The notes under the pieces: generated by a model
Seen by the model: only the letters and a program-made list of their open reading frames with translations
Databases searched by the model: none
What the model was told of the DNA's origin: nothing
Shown: piece after piece, positions 41,167 through 53,843 of the stretch
How the letters are laid out: the number at the start of each line of letters is the position of its first letter
Numbering within the stretch: the first letter of the stretch is position 1
Translations under genes and position numbers: made by a program
Origin: Octopus vulgaris
Lineage: Eukaryota
Reading direction: 5' to 3'
Length of the DNA stretch: 64,000 bases
Assembly: GCA_951406725.2 (NCBI GenBank)
Contig: OX597825.1
Location: forward strand, 75,888,001 to 75,952,000

Positions 41167-42254
41167 TTATAGGGAGGAATGAAGGAAAGAAGCAAAGAAT
41201 AAAGAAGGGATATAAAGGGAGAAAATGAAAGACCAAAGTAATAACTTTAGGATTGGTAAGATGGAGGTGCCAGGCCTTCTACAGAGGTTGGTAAACAAAG
41301 CCTAGATTAGAATAAACTGTTCCCACAGTCTTTGACCCTTTTGGTACCAACCCTCCTAAGACCACCATCAACTTGTTCTCTGATACAAACTTCCTGTCTG
41401 AAAGTGGTCTAAATTCAAACCTTCCTTCAAAATCTCCTGTTAACCCTTTTGCTTCCAACATGAAACAGCCCCTAATTCTATGATAGAAATTTCTGGTTTA
41501 AAGAGATCTAAATTAAAGCCTTTCATCAAAATTTCAATTTTATTTATGTTCCACACAACAGAAGAAATTATTAAAAAAATTTTTTTTTTATTATTTTCAA
41601 AATGAATTGACAGAAGGGGGTGGCATTTCAGCAGAACTATGGCTACAAAACACTTAAACAGACATATTTCTTTATGAAGCCAAGCTTCCTTCTGATTGAC
41701 ATTGATTAGATAGGTTTTGCTTTAATGTTGCAGTTTCAGGTTGCATAGTGTGCCACATATAGCAGAAGACACTTGCCCAAGATGCCACGCAGTGGGACTG
41801 AACCCAGAACCATGTGATTGGTTAGCAAGCTACTTACCACACAGCCACTCCTGCGCCTATGTACTTAGATGTACTTAGATTACTAACAACTAGTATAGGT
41901 GAATGTGGTGAGTCTAAATCTACAACCTAGTTTCGTTTTTCAGCTGAAGGTATTTCACATCACTAAGGTTATTGATATCACCAAGGAAAACATGAATACC
42001 ACAGTTTCATTTCCCCTTCATTGTTGATTTGTTTATGCAAAAAGTAATCAGATGAATGATGTCACTAAGGAGCCCTTTCACTTATGGATAACCCTGAGTT
42101 TCTGCTGTCAGAAATTAAATTTACCCCATTAGTTGCAGGCCTGGGTTATTTTTTTTCATTTTTTTATTTATTATTTTTTTTTTTGGTTTAGAACTGGCAA
42201 TTAGCTATGCATGCATATCTCTCCCTTCTACATCACCAATGATTGTCATCAGAA

Positions 42255-42635
42255 ACATCATTATTTTGATGCCCACTTTTTTCCCATGGGCCAGATGGAA
42301 TTGGTTGAGGTAGGATTTTCTATGACTGGATGCCTTTCCTATTGCCAAGCCTTGCTTGTTTCTAAGTAAGGTAATATTTTCCCATGACCAGACATGTTTT
42401 TCATGGCATACTACCAATGAAGGATGATGCTTTCATGACAGTGACCCTCATTTACACACACACACACGCACACACATGAATACATATATACACAAATATA
42501 TATGTTAGGCTTCTTTCAGTTTCTGTTAACCAGTTGTAATCATAAGACTTTGGTTGGCCTGGGGCTGCAGTAGAAAACACTCATGGTAGGACTGGATCCA
42601 AGACCAATTCTTACCATGCAGTAAAGCTTGCACCT
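42255..42635 (-). mobile_element. SINE family D
   Basis: Same modules on the minus strand. Confidence 0.65.
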
Positions 42636-42814
42636 ACAAGATGTCCTAAAGAAAGGCAAGGCAAATGCAGCTTGGTACTGGTGATATCATAGATGTTGCT
42701 GTGAGAGTACAAAGAACCAGAAGAGATTATTTTTATGAGTGGAAGCAGGTGAGGGTTGGCATCAGAAAGGGCATCTTGGCTGTAGAAAACATTGCTTCAG
42801 CATCGTCTTGTCTG

Positions 42815-42963
42815 ACTGTGTGGCTAAGAAACTCACTTTTCAACCATGTAGTTTTAGGTTTACTTCCACTGTACAGCACCTTGGGTAAGTGTCTTCCACT
42901 AGCCCCCTAGGCTGACCAATATCTTGTGACTGAATTTGGTTAATGGAATCTGCAAAATCCTGT

Positions 42964-43001
<38 letters not shown>

Positions 43002-43225
43002 CATGTTTGTCCATCTTTCTGTCTGTGCTTGTATTTTCCCCTCCCTCACTGCTTGACAACCAGTGTTGGTTTTTATTTATGTCTCCATAACTAAGTACCT
43101 TGGTAGAAGAGACCAAAAGAATAAGTACCAGACTTAAGAAAAAGAAGTACTGATGTCAGTTTATTCAGCTGAAGCTCTTCAAAGTGGTACCCCAGCATAT
43201 GAAAGACAAGCAAGAAAGAAAGATT
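42815..43225 (+). mobile_element. SINE family A, diverged copy
   Basis: Head, core, microsatellite and AATAAGTACCAG module recognisable. Confidence 0.7.
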
Positions 43226-43715
43226 AAAACTGAAGGCATAGATTAAATTTTCAGCAAGTAATAAAACAAAGCCATTTCTGCATGGCTGGAGTAGTTAAAA
43301 TTGTACTTAGTTTAGTGCACTGGCTGCAAAGATAACAAAAAAGAAAAGAAATGTTACTGTGCAGGCCAAATGAACTTGAGGTATTTTTTGGTAGCTTCAG
43401 TGCTGCTTGACACAGCTGGAGGCAGTGATATTGTTAGAAGATGCCAAAATTACTTCAGTCTTTTGGGAGAAGCTGGCTGTGTCCTGCAGTGCAAGCTGTA
43501 TGTAAAATATAAAACAAATCAGCTTCACCAAGAAAAAGAAAAACCCACATCAACTAAAAGATCAATGTGTCTGTCTTTGATTCCTGATATCAATGTAATC
43601 AGCTCACTTATTTGTATAATACAATAATTTTTGAGAATGTTAGCAAAGTATTACTTTGTTATTGATAATCATTTAGTTATTTCTTTTTCTGTTTGGATTT
43701 TATATTTCAAAGATA

Positions 43716-44091
43716 GGTGCAGGCATGGCTGTTTGGTTTAAGAAGCTCACTTGGCAACCATGTGGTTTCTCATTTAGTCCAACTGTGCTGTACCTTGGGC
43801 AAGTGGCTTTGGCTGTAGCCTTCAGGCTGACCAATACCTTGTAAGTGAACTTGGTAGTCAGAAACTGTGCAGATGCCCATCGTGTGTGTTTGTTTGTTTG
43901 TCCCTCCACTACTTAGCAACTGGTGATGGTTTGTTTATATCCCTGTAATTTAGTGATTTGGCAATAAAGACCAATAGAATAAGTACCGAGCTTAAAGAAA
44001 TAGGTACTGGGATTGATTTATTTGACTAATCCCTTCAAGGCAGTGCTTCAGCATGGCCACAGTTAAATGACTGAAACAAGTAAAAGATAAA
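43716..44091 (+). mobile_element. SINE family A
   Basis: Full module order ending TGACTGAAACAAGTAAAAGATA. Confidence 0.8.
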
Positions 44092-44504
44092 ATGATATTT
44101 TGAATGTTGCATTTTAAACTAATGACAAATTTCTGATTAGTAAATTTCAAAATATATAATTTCTCAGTTTTTACCAATTCAGATATTCATGGTACTCCAT
44201 GAAGATTTCTGTTTTGTATCCTGCAAATTCAAATTCTTTATTGCAATAGATTAAAAAGCAGTGATTTTAGTAAGAAATTAATGCATTTTGAACACATGGC
44301 CTTGTAGTTAGGGGACAGTGTATTATGTCCTTGAGCAGACCACTTAATTTCTTGTTACTCTTGTTTACTCAGTTCAAAATGAGTACCATCCTAGTGCTTG
44401 TACAGTCCTCTCTTTCTTCCAGTTTTCTCAACCTTGGTGTTGCACTGAGCTGAGAGTGTCTGTTTGTAATTACCCAAACACCTAAAATAACCAGTGAAAA
44501 TTAG

Positions 44505-44768
44505 CTCTGTGGTTAAGGGGCATGCTTCCCAACCATGTGGCCTTTGGTTCTGTCCTTTATGTGTGACACCTAAGGCAAGTTTCTTCTATTATAGCCCTGG
44601 GCTGACCAAACCCTTGTAAGTGAATTTGGTCAGTGGAAACTGAAAGAAACCTGTCGTGTGCATGTGTGTTTGTGTTTGTTCCTCATCACTACTTGACAAA
44701 TGGTGTTGGTTTGTTTATATCCCCATTATTTAGCAGTTTGGTAAAAGAGACTGATAAAATAGGTTCCA
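44505..44768 (+). mobile_element. SINE family A, 3'-truncated at the junction with a Tc1 remnant
   Basis: Head and core present; sequence switches to Tc1 transposase at about 44765. Confidence 0.7.
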
Positions 44769-45668
44769 GCTGTGTGAATAGGTGCATTATTATCCTGAAA
44801 GATTGCGTTTCCCTCTGGAAACAGTTCGGCAACCATAGGATGAATTTGATCAGATAAAATGCTTAAATAGTCTTGACTGTTAATTCTGCCATGAAGGGAA
44901 ACCATTGTGTCTGGGGATTTCCAAGATATAACCCCCTGCTATAGATCATCACAGATCCTCCTCCATGTTTTACAGTTGGAAGAAGGCAGTCTGGGTCAAA
45001 TGCTTCTTTTGGCTGTCTCCACATGTATACTCAGCCAGTGGTTGAAAATAAGATAAAGGATGACTTGTCTGAGAAATTAACATTCTTCCACTGCTCTAGG
45101 GACCACTTCTTTAGGTTTTTACTCCACTCGAAACACTTTGCAACGTTTGTTTTTGAAAGTAGTGGTTTTCTGATTGCAGCCCTCCCCTGAAATCCAGCTT
45201 TGTGCAGTGCCAGGCGAACAGTTTTTGTGAAAACTGGTTTCCTGAGGTGGTCATTAAGCACTGCAGTAATTTTGGGAGCTGTACTTTTGTGATCCTTTCT
45301 AACAATTCATGTAAGAGTCCGACAGTCCCTATCTGAAAGTTTTGGTTTTTACAAGGAGGGTTTTCCTTCTTTCTCAAAGGCTGTCATTACTTTCGAGACA
45401 GTACTTCTTGATACACCAAACATTTCGGCTGTTTTCGTTGTGCTAGCGCCTGCCATACAACCACCAACAATTTGACCTCTTTGAAAGTCTGATAGATCTG
45501 TCATTTTAATGAATTTTAATCACCTTTTTCTGATGATATCTGAAAAGAAACAGGGATTTTAGCAAAACATATTAAGCAACACTAAAAATTAAAAAAATAA
45601 CATAAAAATGAACAAGCTTTTGATGGTTTTATGATGCTATGTGTTTCCATTATTTTGTCCAACCCCTG
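44765..45668 (-). mobile_element. Tc1-like transposon, 3'-truncated
   Basis: TIR CAGGGGTTGGACAAAATAATGGAAAC plus TA; ATG at 45504 MTDLSDFQRGQIVG, RKPLLS, VNFSDKS and IFQDNNAPIHTA motifs. Confidence 0.9.
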
Positions 45669-45670
45669 TA

Positions 45671-46821
45671 TTTACCAAAATAACATAGAATATCTTGAAA
45701 TATTAAAGAGTAAATTTATTCAATAAAATTGCCATTGACTTTAACTATGGCCTTCAGACGACTTTTGAATCTCCTGCAACTCTTCTGGATAGTCTCTTTT
45801 AAGCTGGCGAATGCTGCCATAATCCTTGCCTTCAGTTCATCTTTGGTGTTACAAGAATTTTGTTGGTCTCTTGTTCAACTGCACCCCACACATAATAATC
45901 AAGGGGGTTGCAGTCTGGGGTGTTAGGTGGCCAGATGTTAGGGGTGATGCGGTTGCAGAAATTATCTGACAGCCATAACTGGGTTCTCCTGCTGTAACCA
46001 GACATAGGGTCTTCCAGCTGCCACCCTCTTGATCCAGAGTAGCATTACCTCCTTCAGGTACTTGATGTAGGCCTCCTTGTTGAGGTGTGAGGCCATGTGG
46101 GAAGATGAATGGAGGCATCATGTCACCATCAAAACACCGTGATGTTGACTGGATGTTTGATTTTTATCACTCTCAGTACATGTTTTGGGGACACAGCAAG
46201 CCAGTGGTTGTTCTGCGTGTTCACTATCTGATCTTGGCAGAAATTTTTCGCATCTGAGAAAAATTTGGTTGGAGGGCATGCTTGAGTTTGTTCAAAAGCT
46301 TCATTACATGGTCTTTTCTCTTGTCCTTGATGGCTTGCGATAAGAATTGGCCCTTCCTCATCTTGTATGAGGAATACCGAATGTCTTCATGCTCTACCTG
46401 CCTGATAAGAAACTCAGACACTCCCATGGCCTTGAATTGTTCATTGTCAATCATGGCCTGGATCTCACCAACAAATTCAGGAGTTCTGTTCTTATCAGAA
46501 TGAGTTTTTAAAGCTGCTATACCTTCATAATCATTATTAGATTCATCCAACTCTTTCTGAATTCTTTGCACTGTCCTCGGATTGACATTCAAACACTCTG
46601 AAATGTTCGTATTAGAGCTTCAAGTTCAAATGCCAAGTTGTTCAAATGCCAGCATGTTGTTTCCAAATTTCTGGCAAAGTGAATAGCGTCATGATGCTGT
46701 TTTACTCACAGATGGTGCCCAAGTGACCCTACTATACTGTGTAGTCGACAAAATCAAAAACAAACAATGCACGTGTAAAATTAAAAATATAAAATGGCAA
46801 GAATTTATCCATCGCACCCTG
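45671..46821 (-). mobile_element. DD37D-like Tc1/mariner transposon, decayed, one TIR visible
   Basis: TA|CAGGGTGCGATGGATAAATT end; RTVQRIQKEL, RTPEFV and WPPNTPDCNPLDYYVWG motifs. Confidence 0.85.
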
Positions 46822-46894
<73 letters not shown>

Positions 46895-46897
<3 letters not shown>

Positions 46898-47182
46898 TTA
46901 TTTAGCGTCCGCTTTCCATGCTAGCATGGGTTGGACGGTTCAACTGGGGTCTGGGAAGCCAGAAGGCTGCACCAGGCCCAGTCTGATCTGGCAATGTTTC
47001 TACGGCTGGATGCCCTTCTTAACGCCAACCACTCCGTGAGTGTAGTGGGTGCTTTTTAAGTGCCACCAGCACAGCTGCCAGACGGGACTGGCAAACGGCC
47101 ATGGTCGGATGGTGCTTTTTACGTGTCACCGGCACGAGGGCCAGGCGAGGCTGGCAACAGCCACGATCAGATGGTGCTTTTT
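46895..47182 (-). mobile_element. RTE-type 3' end (family C), inserted in (TA)n
   Basis: Reverse complement of 21605-21830 with an extra GGTGCTTTTTACGTG subrepeat. Confidence 0.7.
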
Positions 47183-49729
47183 ATATATATATATATATTA
47201 AAAAAAAATCTGTGTGTGTATGTATGTATATAATTTGTGTACTTGTACATGCTTGCCCAAGAACCCAGAAAATTCTATCTTGGTAATAAATATACACTTA
47301 TGCATTCTAAATCAGAATATGTGTGCATGTGTCTGCTTGTTTTCCTTCAAGTTTTGAAATTAGATTTATATTTACAGAGTTAATTAAATCTAAGTAAATG
47401 TTTAGTTAAAACCAAGCTGGCTGATATTCTTAGGCATTTCAACTTTTAACTATTGATTCCTCATCTAAAATATTCTCTTGTTTAATATATTCTCAAGTCG
47501 TAGTAGGAAATATTGATTATTGCTTTGTGCTGTTTTCACTGTTTGGTTTCCTTTCCACAAAGAAATTAAATAAAACTAAAAAAAAATATGAAAAAGAAGC
47601 CTTCTTTGGTCAGTTTCCCTGCTTTAGTGGAAGCTTGCCAAAGAAAGGGAGTCACTAGGAGCCCTATAATAAATCATTATTTCTTCTGTTCTTTCACATA
47701 GATAGATGCTAATATTTGCTCCCATTAATCAACTAGTCGGAAGGTATTTTCTGCATGTTAACAGTTAACTGTTTTATCTACTACTGTGTAATATGTAACA
47801 CTGATAAATGGTTCTCTTTATCAGAAGAGCTCCCCATCTGTCCTGTATAATCAGAAATTTCATCAGTTATCTTTCCTGGTCAGCATCAGTTGGATTGGTT
47901 TGCAAATTCTGACTTTCACAGAAACTGTTTGTGTTGATGTTTTACAGTGACAGTGGAAGGTAAAAAAGGATTCTGGACTTAAATCCTCACTGAAATTTAT
48001 GATTGCTGGCACTGTTGGCATTTGTTTGTGCTTTCTTTGGTTGATAAGTGAAGGTATGTGGCCTAGTATTTAGGATGGTGGCACTTGCGATCTCAAGAGT
48101 TTGGTTTCAGTTGTGCATTATATTCTTCATTTCGCATTGCTCCAGACATACTGAACTATAAATGAGTAACCCTGTGATAGACTGGTGTCCTGTTCAGAGG
48201 GAATGTAGTGATCTTGGTCACTTATACACCATGGAAGCCAAATAACCATCCCTATACGTCCTAGGACTTGAGACACTATGTTTTCTGTTAACGAACCTGT
48301 ACTGATAATTTATGGAGGTTGTTTCAAGAAATGCTATTACTTTGTGATAGAAATTGTTTTTATGTGTCAAATATTAAAGATTGCTGTAAGAAGGTTTTTC
48401 TTAAGCTAATGATTCCAATGTAAAAAGTTGAGAGATGACAGACCTTTAGCAAGGTAAATGTTGACCTAATTTTCACCTATGTCAACCATTACAAGTGTAT
48501 GTTTTGCCAAGGGCATAGCAATTTAAGATTGGTTGTGTTTGATGTCGGAAATGGATTTTTATTTATTTTTTTTAAAACTTACACTCAACTTTTAAATTAC
48601 CTTGATAGTCTGTTATTCAATAAACATGAATTGCTGCAGGCTCAGTATCAATACTAAGTGTATCACTGCTATCATCTTCACTACTATCATCGTTATAATT
48701 ATCATAACCACTAATATTACCACCACCACCACCACCACCACTTTCATCACACCAGCACTATCACTCATTACCCCCTTTGCTTTATCACACCATCACTATC
48801 ACTCATTACCCCTATTTTGCTCTATCAACACCACTATTCAGCATCAACCATCACCACCATCATCAGCTACAATCAATACCACCATCACCATCATCACCAT
48901 CACATCAGTATGTTACTTAACAACATTTTAAATTGCAAATTTATGTGATTCTTTTTACATTTTGCTCTTACTTTCAAATACATTAACTACAAAACTTCTT
49001 TATGGCCTCATCAATTGCTTTCTTGCATTAATTAATCTACTTTAACTCTCTCGTTACTGTATTTCTGTTGAAGTATACTACCTTTGTTTCAATTAGTTTT
49101 GAAAATAGTGAAGAATTTATTAAAATAACTTTGCTGTTATTAAGCTGGTGTTTGGTACATAAATTGAAAGGAAATTTTAATGAAGGTTTTAACTTAGCTC
49201 ACTTTAAAGCAAGAAGTTTTTATCATAGAGCTAAGGGTAGTCTCAAGCAGGTTGGCATCAAGAGGGTCAAACCACATCTTGCTTGTTTCACTACCTTAAC
49301 CTGTCAAAACAAACATCCATATATTTTTTATTCTGAAGAATTTTTTTAACCATTTACTGAAGGACAGCTGGGTTGCACCATTTCTTTTTCTCTTTCTCTC
49401 TCTCTCTCTCTCTGTTTTATAGGACCCCTGTGTCTAGTGGTATGAACTGGCCATTATCCTTGAACTGGGGTCTGGACCCAAATACTTGCAATAGTGGGAT
49501 TTCATTTGAAGGCACTTAAGGACCAGATTAAAGATTAGATGTACCTCACTAGAACTCAAAATGCATAGTTGGAACAGATACCAGTAATTCGTCATCCTGG
49601 ACTAGAACTTTCATTTTCCCAATCCTGAGAGGATAGAAGGCAAAGTTGACCTTGGTGAGATTTGAACTCACAGTGCAGGGATCCAAAACAAACATCACAA
49701 AGCACTTTATCTTACACTCTTACCTACGG

Positions 49730-50102
49730 CATTGGTATGGCTGTTTGATAAGACATTTGCTTTCCAATTCCATGGCTTTGGGTTTCAGTCCCATTGCATG
49801 GCATTTGGGGCAAGTGTTTTCTACAACAGTCCAAGGCTGACTGAAGCCTTGTGAGTGGATTTGGTTGGAAGAAACTGAAGGAAGTCCATTGTGTGCATGT
49901 GTGTGTGTCTGGACATCACACGACAGTAAATGAGTGTCACTGTCGCACAAGCAGTGTAATTCATTTCAAGAACATGTCTGACCATGAGGAAAAGTAACAT
50001 TGCTTGGAAACAGGTGAGGGTTGGTGACAAGAAGGGCATCTGGCTGTAAAAATTTCTGCCTCAGTAAACTCCATCTGACCCATTCAATATTAAAATGATG
50101 AT
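49730..50102 (+). mobile_element. SINE family D
   Basis: Head, core, GGAAACAGGTGAGGGTTGGTGACAAGAAGGGCATC and TAAAATGATGAT end. Confidence 0.7.
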
Positions 50103-51959
50103 CTCTGCCAATTAACTTAGACCTAAGAAATTCAATAATTGCCCTATTAAACTCTATATTTATATCACTCAAAAATTACATATAAATACACTCTACAAAT
50201 TAATGTGAGGGTGTTATATTTTTCACTGGTTTAAGAGCATTGTATCCACCTTCTCCACTTCTCCCACTCCACATAAGACATTATTAATACAAATTACCAA
50301 CAGCCAAGAAGCTTGTATTACTACTACAATTATATATGCTACTAGATGACTGTCTCCTCGTGTAATGTGATGATTCTAATGACATTTTCAATTTATTAGT
50401 AATAACTATAGCCAGCACTTGGATAATCAGCTTGAGGAGTGCTAATTTCTTTACATAGTTCCATACAAAATCTTTCAGATTTTTTTTTTAATGATAATTT
50501 AAATTTAAGCATTAAAAAAAGATTAATGATTTATTTTCTTTGAGTTCACTTTGAAATAAAAGTTGTTTTGAAAATTTGCTATTTACTGTTCCCATAAAAT
50601 TTGTGTGTGTGTGTGTGTGTGTGTGTCCCCCAATGGGTGTTACTATTATCATTGCTAAACTCTATGCAGATCAAATTTGAATTGCAAGTTGGATCAAACT
50701 AATCAAACTATTGTATCTTATTCTGCTCATGTCTTTAGAGAAGGCATGAACGTCACAACTCATCCATCCTACTTAATCATTTATTGGGGGTTACCACTCA
50801 TTGAGGTAGGTTAGTCAATTGATTTTATAGCATTTGTTCATAGATTATGTAAATATTTATCCTTATTATATATTTGTGAGATTGGTGGTTGATGACTGGC
50901 AGAATCATGAGTGTTGGGGAAAATACCTTGTGGTGATAGTTTCAATACTTTGTTTTAAGTTCAATCCCACTAAGATCTACTTTGCCTTTTTCATCCTTTT
51001 GAGGGCCGATAAAATAAAGTGCCAGTCAAGCACTAAGGATCAATATAACTGATCATCACCCTGTCATATCCGTACCCCTAATTTCCAAACTTATGTCACA
51101 CATATTCGCTTGCTTTCTTCCAAAAATTTAATGCCCTTAGTTTAGATTTTTGGGGCCTACCAATTTTGAACAGTTCCAAGTGTAACAAGCCAAAACTGTA
51201 ATGATGATTGGAAACTTGACTGATGAATAGAAAACCACAAATGTTCCGTACTGATTTCCTGTCTGTCTTTGTATCATCCATCTGTTCTTTCCATTTTTTT
51301 TTTTATATATATATATTTATATATACATTTTGCAGTGTACGTACACTTTTTGCTCAGCTTGTAAGTATGTGTATGTGTGTGTGTATATATATATATATTA
51401 TATAATAAAACAAATAGATATTTCACGGTATCATTGTACATATTTCTGTAGTGTGTTTATTCAAAATTTTTGTGGTGGATCCCTCCAAGTGAGAAGTGGG
51501 CTGGTCCACTACTAAAAAATAGTGGACAGACTCAGTAAGCAGTGTCAGTCAGCAAGGTACGTTGCTCGTGCCAGTCCCGCAAAGATGACGAAATACGTCG
51601 TTATAATGCGGGACATGTCAGTGGCAATGAGGATACCTCCCACTGTATAATGGTGTTATTACAGTCATATCAAGGTTACAAATGCTCATAGGAGTGTTGA
51701 AATGGAAGACCTATGTTCAAGAATAATCATAGAAAGTTTGAAGGATTTAAATTTTTGCACAGTGAAAAATAATATACATACAGTAAAAAATATATAAAAA
51801 AAGATTCTAAAGAAAAAAATGTCCGATAAAACTGGAACTCTAACACAAAACTGAACTACACGCTGAAAATTAATGTAAGTCTGTTAGAAGGGCTTAAGTC
51901 AGATTGCTATATGTAGTAGCGCTAGCAGTAAACAATGTAGACTGGTACTATCTCTCTCT

Positions 51960-52364
51960 CTCTTTTACTCTTTTACTTGTTTCAGTCATTTGACTGCGGC
52001 CATGCTGGAGCACCACCTTTAATCGAGCAAATCGACCCCAGGACTTTTTCTTTTGTAAGCCCAGTACTTATTCTATCGGTCTCTTTTGCCGAACCACTAA
52101 GTAACGGGGACATAAACACACCAGCATTGGTTGTCAAGCAATGCTAGGGGGACAAACACACACACACACGCATATATATATATATATATGTATATACATA
52201 TATACGACGGGTTTCTTTTCAGTTTCTGTCTACCAAATCCACTAACAAGGCTTTGGGCGGTCTGAGGCTATAGTAGAAGACACTTGCCCAAGGTGCCATG
52301 CAGCGGGACTGTACCCGGAACCATGTGGTTGGTAAACAAGCTACTTACCACACAGCCACTCCTG
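51960..52364 (-). mobile_element. SINE family A, young copy upstream of the SPSB exon
   Basis: Near-consensus; reverse complement of 54896-55303. Confidence 0.9.
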
Positions 52365-52377
52365 TGGCGTTTTGAAA

Positions 52378-52410
<33 letters not shown>

Positions 52411-53154
52411 TAAATAAAATTCTAATTCTGTATGGAACAAAGAAATATCTAGATAAGAAGAGAACAATAATTCTGGTTAGAAGAAAAAGAAATAACCAAA
52501 AAAAAATATGTAATGTGTTGAAAGAATAGAAAAACTAAATTCTCAAAGGGAAGAGGTGTTGTGGCAGATGACCCCAGGTGAGAAGTTGAGCTGGTCCATT
52601 ACTAATGAATAGTGGACTGACTCAGTAAGTAGTGTCAGTCAGCGAGGTACGCTATTTGGGCCAGTCCCGCAGAGATAGATAAATACAAAATACAACTGCA
52701 TAACACATTGTTGTTAACATTTGCATTTTCACAAAAATTCAACAAATGTCACTAAAATATTTGGCGATGTATCACCTGGAAAACATTTGGCAGAGTATCA
52801 CCTGAAGAAATGGCAGTTTGTGAGAATATGAACTTAGATAATGTTATGTTATATGTTTGTTCTCCTATTTTAATAAACATCCTGCTGAAACATATGTAAT
52901 GATGGTATGAAAAATCTATTTGTTTTATTCTGGTCCGCTATAAATTACACGGCATAAAATGTACGAGTTATTCCTTTGATACAAACACTGATTTGCATGA
53001 TACTCGATGCTAGAGATCAATTGTTTCAACTCTGCATTGTCTTCTGCTATGAAGGCTTAAACTGCAAGGAATTTCAGAGTAATTTTCTAGCCAGAAATAC
53101 ACAGAGGTGCCTTGATAGTAATTTGCCTTGATTATTTAATTGACCCCTTCTGTT

Positions 53155-53155
53155 A

Positions 53156-53242
<87 letters not shown>

Positions 53243-53249
53243 CACACAC

Positions 53250-53280
<31 letters not shown>

Positions 53281-53300
53281 CAAACACACACACACACATT

Positions 53301-53332
<32 letters not shown>

Positions 53333-53571
53333 CATACACACACATTTATATATATATATATATACACACATACATTTATATATATATATATATATATATA
53401 TTTCACTATTTCACACATTACATTACTATATATATATATATGGCTGCTCTGTATAGTGGACGAATGGCCTGTTACAGGCACACACACATTTATATATATA
53501 TACATATATATATATACTTTTAAATATTTATATATATACTTTTATATATTTATATATATATATATATACAC

Positions 53572-53614
<43 letters not shown>

Positions 53615-53655
53615 TACATATCTACATATATACTACACACACACACACACACACG
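53155..53655. repeat. Compound (TA)n/(CA)n microsatellite with higher-order unit (TA)n(CA)mTT
   Basis: About 500 bp directly visible, ending about 60 nt before the SPSB acceptor. Confidence 0.95.
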
Positions 53656-53713
53656 TATTGAGCATGTGTTTGTTTCCTTATTTGTCTATTAAATTTTTCT
53701 TTGTCTTTTTCAG

Positions 53714-53843
53714 TTTTCAACTTTGCAATGTATTTCGATGATGGTTCTGTTTGTGTTGGTTTAACTCTAACCCACTGCCAGACAACTTCACTGCTGCTCT
53801 TGCTGCTGCTGCTGCTGCCGGTCAGAGAATTTACTCTGGACTA
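53714..53843 (+). other. 5'UTR portion of the SPSB coding exon, following a splice acceptor
   Basis: Polypyrimidine tract ttttctttgtctttttcAG ends at 53713; contains a (GCT)n run and upstream ATGs at 53728, 53738 and 53741. Confidence 0.7.

Noticed and set aside
48602-48931. Thr/Ile/His-rich ORF
   Set aside because: Degenerate (CAC/CAT)n tract.
53112-53692. YIYI-rich ORFs
   Set aside because: (TA)n/(CA)n artefacts.
53751-53843. N-terminal extension with poly-Ala given in the ORF track (275-aa ORF from 53751)
   Set aside because: Starts at TTG, not ATG, just after an in-frame TGA; homology begins at MNMGQK. It could only be coding through an alternative acceptor.
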